Below are positions 1-10,525 of a DNA stretch of 64,000 nt, piece after piece. This DNA comes from Mytilus edulis (Eukaryota), in NCBI RefSeq assembly GCF_963676685.1, contig NC_092346.1, positions 39,494,001-39,558,000 on the forward strand. Direction: 5' to 3'. The translations under genes were made by a program, and so were the position numbers. How positions within the stretch are numbered: position 1 is the stretch's first letter; the number at the start of each line of letters is the position of its first letter. The notes beneath the pieces are model-generated. The model did not search any database. It worked only from the letters and a program-made list of their open reading frames with translations, and was not told the origin of the DNA.

Positions 1-767
1 ACAGGCCTTCTCTTGCAGCTTGGAAAATTCCCGTTTTAGCATTGTAGTGGTTACCATTGTTTGTCCAAACTTTATCAAACTTTACTACATCATTAGCATT
101 GATAGTCTGAGAAGCTGATAAAGATGCAGTAAAGGCAGGAATATCTCTCCATTTTCTGTAGTTTCTAAATTCTATTGAAATATAAACTTTTAATTTACAT
201 TATTCACGTGTTTCTTTCCTAATTTGAAAATTACAATTTCGCATGTTTAATAGAGTAATACTTTCCAACATTTTTGGCCCTGTGCATATCTGTATGGGTT
301 GTGAAGTTTTGCAGATTTGCACATTTATTTCCTTTGTTTGAATCTATGTGGTTTGGGTTTCAAATTAAGATATTTGATTTGAATTATAAGCAAGGGATAT
401 TTCATATGTTATGAATGAACATGACCAAACAAAAAGAGTTATCAATCAGTACAGACTTTAATGAGCATCACACTTCAAAAATGTATCGAACTGTTCGTCT
501 TAAACGAATACTTTTCGGACAAAAGTAATTATTTGAAAAGACAGTACCACCTTCAAAAAAAAATTGACAGAAAGTTCAATAAGTTATATAAACAAGTGAA
601 ATATCACAAGCTTATTAAGTAAAAACTACGTTAACACATGTTTTCACTTCCCTTATACTTTTTAAATCTATAATCCATTCTACTGTAAACTAATCGTTTA
701 TAAATAAATAACTTACCTCCTTTATATTTAACTAACATTGCAAAAAGGTCTTCAACTACTGCATTAT
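1..767 (-). CDS. C1q domain-containing protein (C1qDC), two internal exons; runs off the window edge
   Basis: Manual translation. Exon 717-767 (AG..GT, 51 bp) splices in phase to exon 1-171, giving DNAVVEDLFAMLVKYKG-EFRNYRKWRDIPAFTASLSASQTINANDVVKFDKVWTNNGNHYNAKTGIFQAAREGL. AFTA..FDKV.TN.G..Y...TG.F....G is the gC1q N-terminal signature. A possible upstream exon ends at a donor near 1215, but its frame is unclear. Confidence 0.85.
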
Positions 768-1715
768 CTGTAAATATAAAATATTATAATATGAAAATAC
801 TTTTGATTGACAACTGGTAACTGAAAATGTTTTCTTACAGCAGACCGTTTTTTTTTTAATGAAATGTCTTAGAATTAATGAAATCATAATGACATATGAA
901 ACGTTCATTTACAAAAAAATGTTGATCATGTGTATTGTTTTAAATGTGGTATCTTTAAAAATGGATAATAAACCTACCAAGTTTTGGACTGCAGTCTGCT
1001 GTAGCCATCATCATAAGTTGAAAGAAAACAAGTCCAAAAATAAAGATCATCTTCTTTCTTTACAGGAAAAAACTCAGTTGATACATTGAAACACATATCA
1101 CTTATTTTGTATGAGTTCTTGATACTGTTGTCACCTGTATTTAGATTTCATGACAACGTGTCATTTGTAATTCAATATGGCAAATTGCTTTTTATCACGA
1201 AGCATATTATTTACCTGCCAGGTTGGGCTTAAACCTTTTTCTTGGCAAGTAATGTTTCCATGATAATTATACTCTGTAATATGATGATATCTGAGCTTAA
1301 TTGTGAAAAAATATGCAAATGAGGTGGTTGCATGAAAAACTTGTGATCTGTGTTTACCATCAATAGTTTAAATGATAAAGATACCAAGGGGGCATACTTC
1401 ACTATCATAATAAGCTCTTTACCCAATATGACTCCAGCTTGAATTCAATTCAATGCGTTAACAAGTAAATAAAAGGATCAATCATCGGTACACTGTACAC
1501 AGTAAGAAAACAATTGCAATAGCATATACAGCTACTAAATGATGTCATATACAAACTTTAATCTGACCACTGAATTAAATAAAGTCGCGATAACAACCTG
1601 CTGCACATTTACAAACTTCCAACCAGCAATTTACACATCATTATCGAAGAGAAGTTAAACAATATATGAAATCCGAAAACTTTTATCCAACCATCAATGG
1701 GTAAAAATTAAGACA

Positions 1716-2690
1716 AAAGAGGGACGAAAGATACCAAAGGGACAATCAAACTCATTAATCTAAAACAAACTGACAACGCCTTGGCTAAAAATGAAAAAGA
1801 CAAACAGAAAAACAATAGTACACATGACACAACATAGAAAACTAAAGAATAAACAACACGAACCCCACCAAAAACTAGGGGTGATCTCAGGTGCTCCGGA
1901 AGGGTAAGCAGATCCTGCTCCACATGTGGCACCCGTTGTGTTGCTTATGTGATTACAAATTCGGTAAATGGTCTAATTCGATAGGTCACATTCATGAAAG
2001 GGAAGGGGATTGTAGTTACGACGTAAGGAACATATCCGATATCATTTGTGAAACGGTTATTCCATAACGGTCAACCAACTCGTGATGGCGTCCGTAAAAT
2101 TTACGAAGGGATGATTTCAACTTCACCATTTGGAACTCTTGGTTTTAATAGCTTCCTTGTGAGCAGTAACCCTCTATCAAGAAAATCATGATAGGAAATG
2201 CAAGCACGGGAATATCGTATCAATTGGGAGATATATGCCCCGTATGCAGGTGCTGCTGGAATGTTGCTACTTAGAAATTGAAAGTTCACAATTTGAAAGC
2301 TGAAATCATCTCTTTTGTCGTAAAGTTTTGTCTTCAACCGACCCTCATTGTCAATTTCTAGATGTAAGTCAAGATATGAAGCCGACTTAACTGTATCTGT
2401 AGTATCCTTTATCTCCAATTCGATGGGATACATGCGTTCCACATAGTCACCAAATTTTGAATTGTTTAGTGAAAGAACGTCATCTATATAGCGGAAAGAA
2501 GAGTTAAAGGATATTGCTAACTTCTTATCTTTCTTCCTAAGAAGTTCCTGCATGAAGTCAGCCTCATAATAATAAAGAAACAAGTCGGCAAGTAGAGGGG
2601 CACAGTTTGTTCCCATTTGGATGCCGACAGTCTGTTGAAAAACACGTCCTTCGAACGTAACAAATATGTTGTTAATCAAGAAATCATGTA
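1716..2690 (-). mobile_element. 5'-truncated Penelope-like retroelement (RT plus 3' UTR)
   Basis: ORF 2101-2679 has QQTVGIQMGTNCAPLLADLFL, RYIDD, YLDL and LYDKRDDF, typical of PLE-type RT. A frameshift near 2145 continues as NQEFQMVKLKSSLRKFYGRHHELVDRY...*. There is no C-terminal GIY-YIG domain. The 3' end recurs at 25788-26040, 13195-13265 and ~55000-55050. Confidence 0.85.
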
Positions 2691-4128
2691 TATATTGACT
2701 TCAATCTATTCTTGTGAATTACCGCAAAATAAATTATTGAGGACCCAAATCCCTGAAAGTTTTGCCGAATACAGCTATTCAGGTAATTTATTCCTAAGGT
2801 AGAAAAGCCTCAATATTTCAACAATTAAAAGTTACGTAAATAATTGGAATGGAACTTGGAAAGGGCATGTCAGTATTTTATTTAACTTGTAGTAATGATA
2901 AATTAATCCGTTTTTATGTTCATCAGGGTTGGTTCTTTTTAGAAATGATGAAAAATTGATTTTAAAGTCTGTAAAATATTCTATTGTCTGTCGATGTGCT
3001 TCATTTATGTGCTTAGTGCTAGCAGTCACCGTTGATCTGTTTCGTACCTATTTATTTGCATTTTTTGTTTTATTTGTTATTGCATATTTTTTTTGTATTC
3101 GGTGAAAAATCAGTTTATTTGGGTCAAATGTTTGTCAATATGCTCAATCAAAACAAAGTTTTACATAATTACTATTAGGAAGAGCTGATAAATGTGGACC
3201 GTCAAAAGTTTAAATAGATATGACAGGACTGGATTAAATGCATTTGATGTTTCCCGGATTTGGAAATCCGATTTCGAAACTTGCAGAACTTGGTTAAAAT
3301 AGTAGAATCATAGTGACAGTCGGCTGCTGAAATTCAAATTTCGTAAATCGATTGAAACACTGAATAAAATTTGATAAGGTTCACTAATTTGATCAACTGT
3401 TATGCAACTCTATTGTTATCTATATCCTTCAATACTGAACATTTCAATTATAATTAAATGAAACGTTTGACCATTATCCAAACTTTCTTTAATTTGGAAC
3501 CTTCTTTGAGAATAGAAAAAGATGATTTCAAAATTCTGGTATTTTTTCTTATTTCTAAAACAGAAAATGCACAAATTCATTTGTTCAGTTCTTGTCATGC
3601 TCTAAAACTTTCCAGGTTCACAGGTTTGTTTGTACTCAAAGTAAAAACAAACCCGTATAAATTGTTAATTTTATCCGACATTCTAAATTATGTTGCTCGA
3701 AAAAATAGTTTCATCCTCTTATCATTTAATAAAATGAAAAGTCATGTACTAATAATGAATTGTGATAAAATATACATTCAACTCAATTATTTGGCATTTT
3801 CAAAACGTAACCCCCCCCCCCCCCCTGTTATTTAACAATTATAATACTCGGGAATCACAGTTGAAATGGAATATCCACATCTGCATTGTGTATGTTGTGT
3901 TTACACTGGTGATGATTCTATCTTATTGATGCTAAATATTGCTACACATCAATATCGATCGATATCCGCAATCATAATATTTTTTTGTCTGATGTTTTAT
4001 TTGTTTTTCATTCTAGAATGTAAAAATAAATAATCTCCTATAAGGTGAGTATAAATATTAATGAAACCAATTTAGTGACGCATAGTAAAAGATAGTATAA
4101 AGTTATTTCTTATCAATGATTTTAGTTT

Positions 4129-4234
4129 AACTTTGGAAGGGAGATAATTTGTCCCGTCACCTTTACTTCCGTTATACCAGGTTGACAACAGCACCAAAAT
4201 ATATTTGCAGAACATTATAATATACATAGAAGGT
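4129..4234 (+). promoter_or_regulatory. Conserved upstream module and 5'-UTR exon donor of TRIM copy 1
   Basis: The block GGAAGGGAGATAA..TCCCGTCACC..TACTTCCGTTATACC recurs at 27462-27511 and 58161-58207. Each copy is followed by ATACATAGAAG|GT(G/A)AGT (donors at 4233, 27612, 58301). It contains GATA-like (AGATAA) and ETS-like (ACTTCCG) motifs. Confidence 0.55.
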
Positions 4235-5399
4235 GAGTTAGCGAAAATTTATCATGCCAAAGAAAATAGGTCCGTCAAAAGATTTACCTATATATTGTGC
4301 TACTTTTTTTTTTATTTTAATCGTATAAACATGTACCAAAAAATCAATTTTCTTCCTCTTTCACAAACTGAAGTGGTGAAAAGTTAGATTTGAAATTATT
4401 TGATAAGAGTTGAATATGTTTATTCAGTTAGGGAAAATTTACTTTCTTTCTGTGAATGTTGAATTATTTCGTTGCAACCGAAAACATGGAAGGTGCAAAA
4501 ATGAAGTAAACATGGAAAATTGTAATTAATTGTATATTCATATACTAGGAATGATAGTGTTTCCATTGATCTTCGATGAAAATATAACTGCCGTTGTATA
4601 AAGCTTCACTATTTATTGTCGATTTGTATGTAATTCCATACATATCTGTTGATCGCTAGTAATAGGAAATCAAATAATGGGAGGAACCTATATCAGTGCA
4701 TTTGATTTACCATCAGAACTTGTTTTAGTCTGACTATGTCTAATTAGATTTGGAAAGGAAGCAATCATAATAATGAAACAAAATATTAATAACTAATTTT
4801 TACAATTAAATTAAAAAAAAACAACATTAATTTACAGTGGCTATGGAGAGAATCGTAAATAATGTACGTTGTTGTTTTTAGATGTGTTGTTTTAATTAAA
4901 TATTAGTGTAATAAGCAAATCTTGAATTATCCCCAACAACTTGGGATACCTAAAAGTTATGTAACGCCCTCTTAGTGTATCTTTGAATCTATAGATTTGT
5001 TTTTTCTCTTTGTCTTTTTATGTATAGCGAGATTCATCAACTTACTTCAAAGTTAGGTATTTATCTACGCGTAAATACAAACAACACATTCATTACACAA
5101 ATATTTTACTCCATAAAACAAGTATAAAAAGTTACCGATTTAAAGATTACTTATTGAAATACGAATGGCGCAAATGAAAGAGTAAATTTCAGTGCAACTA
5201 AAATTCTTATGTCGGCACATATGAAATATTAGTAATTCTTCCAATTGTATTGGGATAAATAAAATGCCTTTTGATATTTTACTCCATTTTTTTTATTTTT
5301 ACAAAAGATGTCAATACTAATGTACTACAATTCATGCATGTACTTTAATATTAACCAACATTTATTGTATAAGGGATTCATATCTGTAGTTTAAATATT

Positions 5400-5880
5400 T
5401 AGAAACATCTTTGGTGCATTTTTGTCCTCATTGCTCTTTAACTTCGTACTATTTGGCCTTTTTAACTTTTTTGGATTCGAATTCACTGATGAGTCTTTTG
5501 AAGACGAAACGCGGGTCTGGTGTATATAAAAAATGTAATCCTGTGACTATGATGAGTTTATCTACAACCACTGGGTCGATGTCACTGGTGGTTGAGTTTT
5601 AATTCCCCGAGGGTATCATCAGCCCAGTAGTCAGCACTTCTGTGATGTCATGAATTTTCATTGATATGGTTAAATTTATAAATTAACTGTTTACAATATT
5701 TAGAATTTTTGAAATACTAAGGCTTTTCTACTTCAGGAATAGTTAAATTTAGCTGTATTTGGCAAAACTTTTAGAATTTTGGTCCTCAATGCTCTTCAAC
5801 TTCGTACGTCACTGGTTTGTAGACGAAACGCGCGTCTGACGTATATAAAAAAAAATCCTGGTATCTATGATGATTTATTT
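5400..5880 (+). mobile_element. Retrozyme-like repeat with two tandem type I hammerhead motifs
   Basis: CTGATGA-GTCT-tttga-AGAC-GAAA-Cgcgg-GTC at 5486-5517. A second, partly deleted motif (AGACGAAACGCGCGTCTGACGTA) lies ~320 bp downstream with the same flanks. Confidence 0.8.
5481..5525 (+). ncRNA. Hammerhead ribozyme motif (type I, minimal stem III)
   Basis: Intact CUGAUGA core, stem II GUCU/AGAC, GAAA and a GUC cleavage triplet. Stem I is weakened relative to the other copies. Confidence 0.7.
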
Positions 5881-6243
5881 AAACACATTCCAAACTACTA
5901 CACGACCAAATATACAAAAATATATAGGAATTAAATTTATGTATTGTCTTTCAGATAAAAATAAACAACACTTTTTTTCGAGATGCAAATAACCACGTAA
6001 CATTTCACTACAATTTATTGTGCTGAAATATATTTTGACTTATGGAAATACCAGTATAATAAAAAATATATTGATTATTCCATTTACAATAGGTTTGGAA
6101 AACATCTCCCTAGTTTCTATCATTTCGAGTGTTAGAAATCCCTAACCTTTAGGTTAGTTTAAACGAAGGTATCGTCACAATCATTTTCAACTTAAACAAA
6201 ATGCGGTATCTAATCTCCCACGAGCATTTACGTTTAATTTATA

Positions 6244-7795
6244 CTAGAACACACCCGTGAAATCGCTGGTCCGTGACTGAATTAAAGTATATAACTAAGT
6301 GTAAGCCTTATTTCAGCCTGGATATTTAGTATTGATATTGTCATCTGATAAGGTCATGCTGATTATAAGATGCACAGTTTTCTCTACTTTCAAAATCTTT
6401 CTGTTCGAAACCGTCGACCTGGAACTTATCAATTATTGGTATAATTAATTATTTGAAAAACAATAGGGCCTGGAATGGAGTATTTTTTTTATCAACAGCA
6501 TTGTCCAATATTTGTTATAAATAAAGTTGAATTCTTCGTTTCTCTGTTTTGCGTCATGCCGGCTAACAAATTGAAAACTGTACTTATATATACGCCTTAT
6601 TTTAAGTCTAGGTTTTTATATTCGTATTGTCATCGTTTAAAGTCCTACTGATTAAAATACTACAATAGGAAACAATGTAACAATTATAGAATTTAGTAAT
6701 GCCATCCCTGTGATTATTACCCGTGTATATAGCAAATCATAAATACACCGTTTGGTGGTGTGCCTGTCAAATGCGGAACGTACAGATAAGGTCCAGGTGG
6801 CACGGTAGTATTTTCTGGCCCATAAGAGATAATGATAGCCTTTTTAGAATTTTCACCTCTTTCCACACCGCAAAAAAATCTACATTTACAGTTAACTGAA
6901 GTACTTTCATTTTACTATTCAGAAATGAATTTGAATATGTATCATGACCGTTTACTTTTTTTACTATTTTTAAAAACCTATGGCCACTAGAACATTCATG
7001 GTGCAGTGAATACAAAATTAAAAAAAATCTCAAAAATTCATTTTCATCTGTATGTAAAATTATTTCATATTTTTCCACACCTGATTCATTTCTCCGTTTG
7101 GGAAAGTATGTTCAGATGATACTGTATTTTTTGTCCAATCACACTGTTTAGATACATTGTAGGGTACACAAAAGAGCAACTTAAATTCTGGAATGCAAAT
7201 ACTACCATGCCACCTTAAATAGGTTACATGTGGATATACTATTGGTATCGGTATCGGATTCGACCAAGAACTTGTTAATTATTGGCAATATTAATTATTG
7301 GGAAAATAAAAGGGTCTGAAGCGGTGTTATTTTAAATCAACACCATTGTCCTATATTAGCTATATATAAAGTTGAATTCTTAGATTTGTCGTATTTACCC
7401 CATGACAGCTGACAAATTGGATCTCGTTATTTAAGTATTAAGGACAATGATAGAATTTAGTAATGTCATCTCTTTGATTATGACCCGTGTATATAGCAAA
7501 TTCTAAATACAACGTTTAGTAGTGCGCCTATCAGATGCGGAACGTACATATGGTACAGATAAGGTATCTATAGGTTACATGTGAATATACTATTGGTATC
7601 GGTATCGGATTCTACCCGGAACTTGTTAATTATTGGCAATATTAATTATTGGGAAAACAAAAGGGTCTGAAGTGGTGTACTTTTTAATCAACGCCATTGT
7701 CCTATATTAGCTATATATAAAGTTGAATTCTTAGATTTGTCGTATTTACCCCATGACGGCTTACAAATTGGACCTCGTTATTTTAGTATTATAGA
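6244..7795 (-). mobile_element. Non-autonomous Helitron with internal tandem repeats
   Basis: On the - strand it begins A|TCTATAATACTAAAA and ends with a subterminal hairpin (ACCAGCGATTTCACGGGT) plus CTAG|T, which is the canonical TC...CTAG in an A|T target. Internal ~350-bp repeats are present. Confidence 0.8.
6796..7214. mobile_element. Nested MITE (Kolobok-like)
   Basis: TIRs GGTGGCACGGTAGTATTT / AAATACTACCATGCCACC, with right flank TTAA. It interrupts one Helitron repeat unit; the uninterrupted version is at ~7555-7580. Confidence 0.7.
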
Positions 7796-8591
7796 TATGT
7801 TTAACATTGTAAAAAATGTTTTGCATGTTATTTTCATTAACCTGGCACATTCTATGTAATAATTTAACAGAACGTATGAAAATAGTTCACTCTACTTATT
7901 TTTATGCGACCCATTGTATGCTTGTATTGCTGAAACACCACAAACAACAGTCTTTTAGACACTATTTAATCAAGTTTAAGACGGTGGAAGATTCCAAGAC
8001 TTCAATGACTTTTAGCACAATATATACATCGATACACCGAGACTACCGAAGCGAGTAAGATTCAAGGGGATAAGTTGGTAAACACAAATATTAAAAATGA
8101 TATATAGGGAGAGATATCTACAGTTGTAGTTAAAAATGAATTTTTATAGCCATAAAGTATCCACTTTTTATTTTCCCAAGTAAAACACCTTATTTCTGGG
8201 TTTACTTTTATCAAGAATTAGCAAAGCCAAATATTTGATAGCCAAGGATTTATATGAACAGAAAACGGGTAAGAGCTATATAATGAATGAAAACCTATAT
8301 GAATAACTAAATCCATCTAAGGTCAGCTTTGCCTGGGGGAGTTGAAACACATGAAAGGATTGTTATAAATCATAACAGTACCAAATTACTAACCTACGAA
8401 CTGATGATACCCTCGATGGCTGATATTTCACCAACAAAGGTATCGACCCAGTGCTGTAAAAATAAAGATAACAGAATATAAATTGTATGCGTTTGAAGCG
8501 TATAACATTAAGCTTCTAAACAAATTTCAGTAATTTTTGTTATATCAAAGTACGTTAAAACATATGTTTATAATTTGAATGTCTTTTCAGG

Positions 8592-10136
8592 ATGGCATCT
8601 AAGGTGCTTATATGTGACCCATGTTCTAGACTGAATAAATCCACTGAAGCCATAAAGTTTTGCACAGATTGTGACGATGCGCTATGTACAGATTGCACTA
8701 CTGCCCACAGTGCTCTAAAGATTACTATTTCTCATAACGTGGTTGATGCGTCTGTTTTAACTGGCCGTGCTTTCAATTTGAAAAAATACTGCAACGATCA
8801 TCAAGAAATGCCTTTCGAATTTTTCTGTACAGATCATGATTGCTTACTTTGCCGATCATGTATGGCCAATACACATCGTACTTGTGGTAAAATTTTACCG
8901 ATAGATGTCGCTGCAAAAGGGGTTAAGTCTTCAGTTATGTTTGATGATATGAGTAAGGATATTGCTGCTTTACGAGACTCATCAAAGGAACTAGTTGAGG
9001 ACAGACAGAGGAACCAAAAACGAGTCGGACAGACTAAAAAATTGATACTACAAAAGATAACAAAGTTTAGAAAAAAAATTAATAAGCATCTGGATAAATT
9101 GGAAAAGAAACTTTCCGCTGATGTGGAGGTTATGGAGAGGGAACTTGAGCAAAAAGCATCGAAAGGGCTAATTGAAGCAGAAACGAGAGCAAAAGAGATA
9201 GAATATATCTGGGAACAAGTTAAGATTCTTACTGAACACGGTTCTGAAAGTCAGATGCTTATCCTCCTAAATGCAGTAAGATTGGAAATTACAAAACAAT
9301 CAACAAATCTTAAGGAGCTGATGATGTCACTAGAAACAAATGGCTTCGATTTTGAAAATATAGATTTGGTATCTGCCATTAGCTCCATTGGATCAGTGAA
9401 AGGTACGTCCTTTCCATGTTCCGTTCCATACCAGCCTCCTAAACATATGCAGGCACAAATGCAACAAAATCATGAAGAAGCACCAACAAGGTCTGAGTTT
9501 GAAAAGAAAATTGATGTTCCCTCGGGCAGAATCACGTGTATAGCTGTTACTGATAATGGATTTATAATGTGTAATGATATGCTAGATAGCTTTAAAGATA
9601 ATGTGATAGCATACACGAAGACTGGCGAAAAGTATAAATCGTGCACTGTCTCCAATAGGGTGTATGGTATAGCTATTATACCAAACACAGAAGAAGCAGT
9701 TGTTAGTTTGCCTGAGGCCAAGATTATTCAATTTGTAAAGTTATCAAGCATGATGACTGGTAGACAACTTCAAGTTACCATTAAGGACATGTTTATGTAT
9801 GGCATTGCAGTCGTACGTGATACAATAATTGTAAGTGGGAGCTCTGGTAATGTTTATTTCATTGAGAAAATGAAAGGGAAATGTCTTAAAACTTTTACAA
9901 TTGGTACAGGTTCCATTTGTTCATTTCTGCCAATTATAAGCGCAGGATCTGCTGCTCCATTTAAAACCAGTGCAGCCCCTTCACTCACTAATGACTGGTC
10001 TGCATATACCGACGACTGGTCTACTAGTGCCGTCGACTCGTCTGCTATTCCTGTTGCAACAACACGCACAACCAACTGGGGCGGAAACAGTGCTGAAGAC
10101 TGGTCTGTAAGTGGTGCCGACGACTGGTCTGTTTAA
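8592..10136 (+). CDS. RING-less TRIM-like protein copy 1 (B-box1/B-box2/coiled-coil/partial propeller) fused to an RPSA-like DWS-repeat tail
   Basis: 514-aa ORF preceded by acceptor TTTCAG|G-ATG. It has CxxC..CxxC..CxxC..H and CxxH..CxxH..CxxC..H B-boxes and is colinear with the paralogs up to ...PIISA (9944). It then continues GSAAPFKTSAAPSLTNDWSAYTDDWSTS...TNWGGNSAEDWSVSGADDWSV. Confidence 0.85.
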   Translation: MASKVLICDPCSRLNKSTEAIKFCTDCDDALCTDCTTAHSALKITISHNVVDASVLTGRAFNLKKYCNDHQEMPFEFFCTDHDCLLCRSCMANTHRTCGKILPIDVAAKGVKSSVMFDDMSKDIAALRDSSKELVEDRQRNQKRVGQTKKLILQKITKFRKKINKHLDKLEKKLSADVEVMERELEQKASKGLIEAETRAKEIEYIWEQVKILTEHGSESQMLILLNAVRLEITKQSTNLKELMMSLETNGFDFENIDLVSAISSIGSVKGTSFPCSVPYQPPKHMQAQMQQNHEEAPTRSEFEKKIDVPSGRITCIAVTDNGFIMCNDMLDSFKDNVIAYTKTGEKYKSCTVSNRVYGIAIIPNTEEAVVSLPEAKIIQFVKLSSMMTGRQLQVTIKDMFMYGIAVVRDTIIVSGSSGNVYFIEKMKGKCLKTFTIGTGSICSFLPIISAGSAAPFKTSAAPSLTNDWSAYTDDWSTSAVDSSAIPVATTRTTNWGGNSAEDWSVSGADDWSV

Positions 10137-10348
10137 CTGTTTTTTTTGGTACGTATCGGTTACTAGTATTTGAATGTTTATAAAGGATCCTACCACCAGT
10201 TTTCAGCACTGCTTCCACACCAGTCGGTTCTGTTACTCCTGCCACAAAAGCACATTCAACCGACTGGTGTGGAAGCAGTGCTGAAAACTGGTGGTAGGAT
10301 CCTTTATAAACATTCAAATACTAGTAACCGATACGTACCAAAAAAAAA
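9947..10348 (+). other. Processed-mRNA-like insert resembling the 3' end of ribosomal protein SA (uS2/laminin receptor): coding tail, short UTR, poly(A)
   Basis: Acidic DWS repeats like the metazoan RPSA TEDWS tail. The distal part reads SVTPATKAHSTDWCGSSAENWW*, then ~40 nt, then A9 (10340-10348). It is flanked by CAGG (9943-9946 and 10349-10352, a possible TSD). TRIM homology resumes immediately after. Confidence 0.75.
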
Positions 10349-10351
10349 CAG
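10137..10351. repeat. Near-perfect inverted repeat (93/94-bp arms, 28-nt loop)
   Basis: 10137-10229 is the reverse complement of 10258-10351; the only difference is T8 vs A9. Confidence 0.97.
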
Positions 10352-10525
10352 GTGAAGTGGTATACTGACGTGAATATATCGATTACAAGAAATTCAAAGT
10401 TATGAAACTGGATAGAAGTTAACGTTCATCTTGTGATTTAATAATACAGTGGATATAATATAAGACTCAAAAGAAATTTGTATGTCGCCTGTGTCGATTC
10501 TGATGAATAAAATCACCTGTCAAAC
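10351..10525 (+). pseudogene. Decayed remnant of the displaced TRIM propeller C-terminus
   Basis: GEVVY*REYIDYKK...KLDRS*...DSK..LYVACVDSDE*NHLS aligns to paralog DEVLYCSEYSGNKK...KLDGTF...DSKRNVYVACYDFSELHRLT, with four stops plus indels. Confidence 0.85.

Noticed and set aside
10045-10355. Mirror ORFs MNVYKGSYHQF... on both strands
   Set aside because: Artefact of the inverted repeat.
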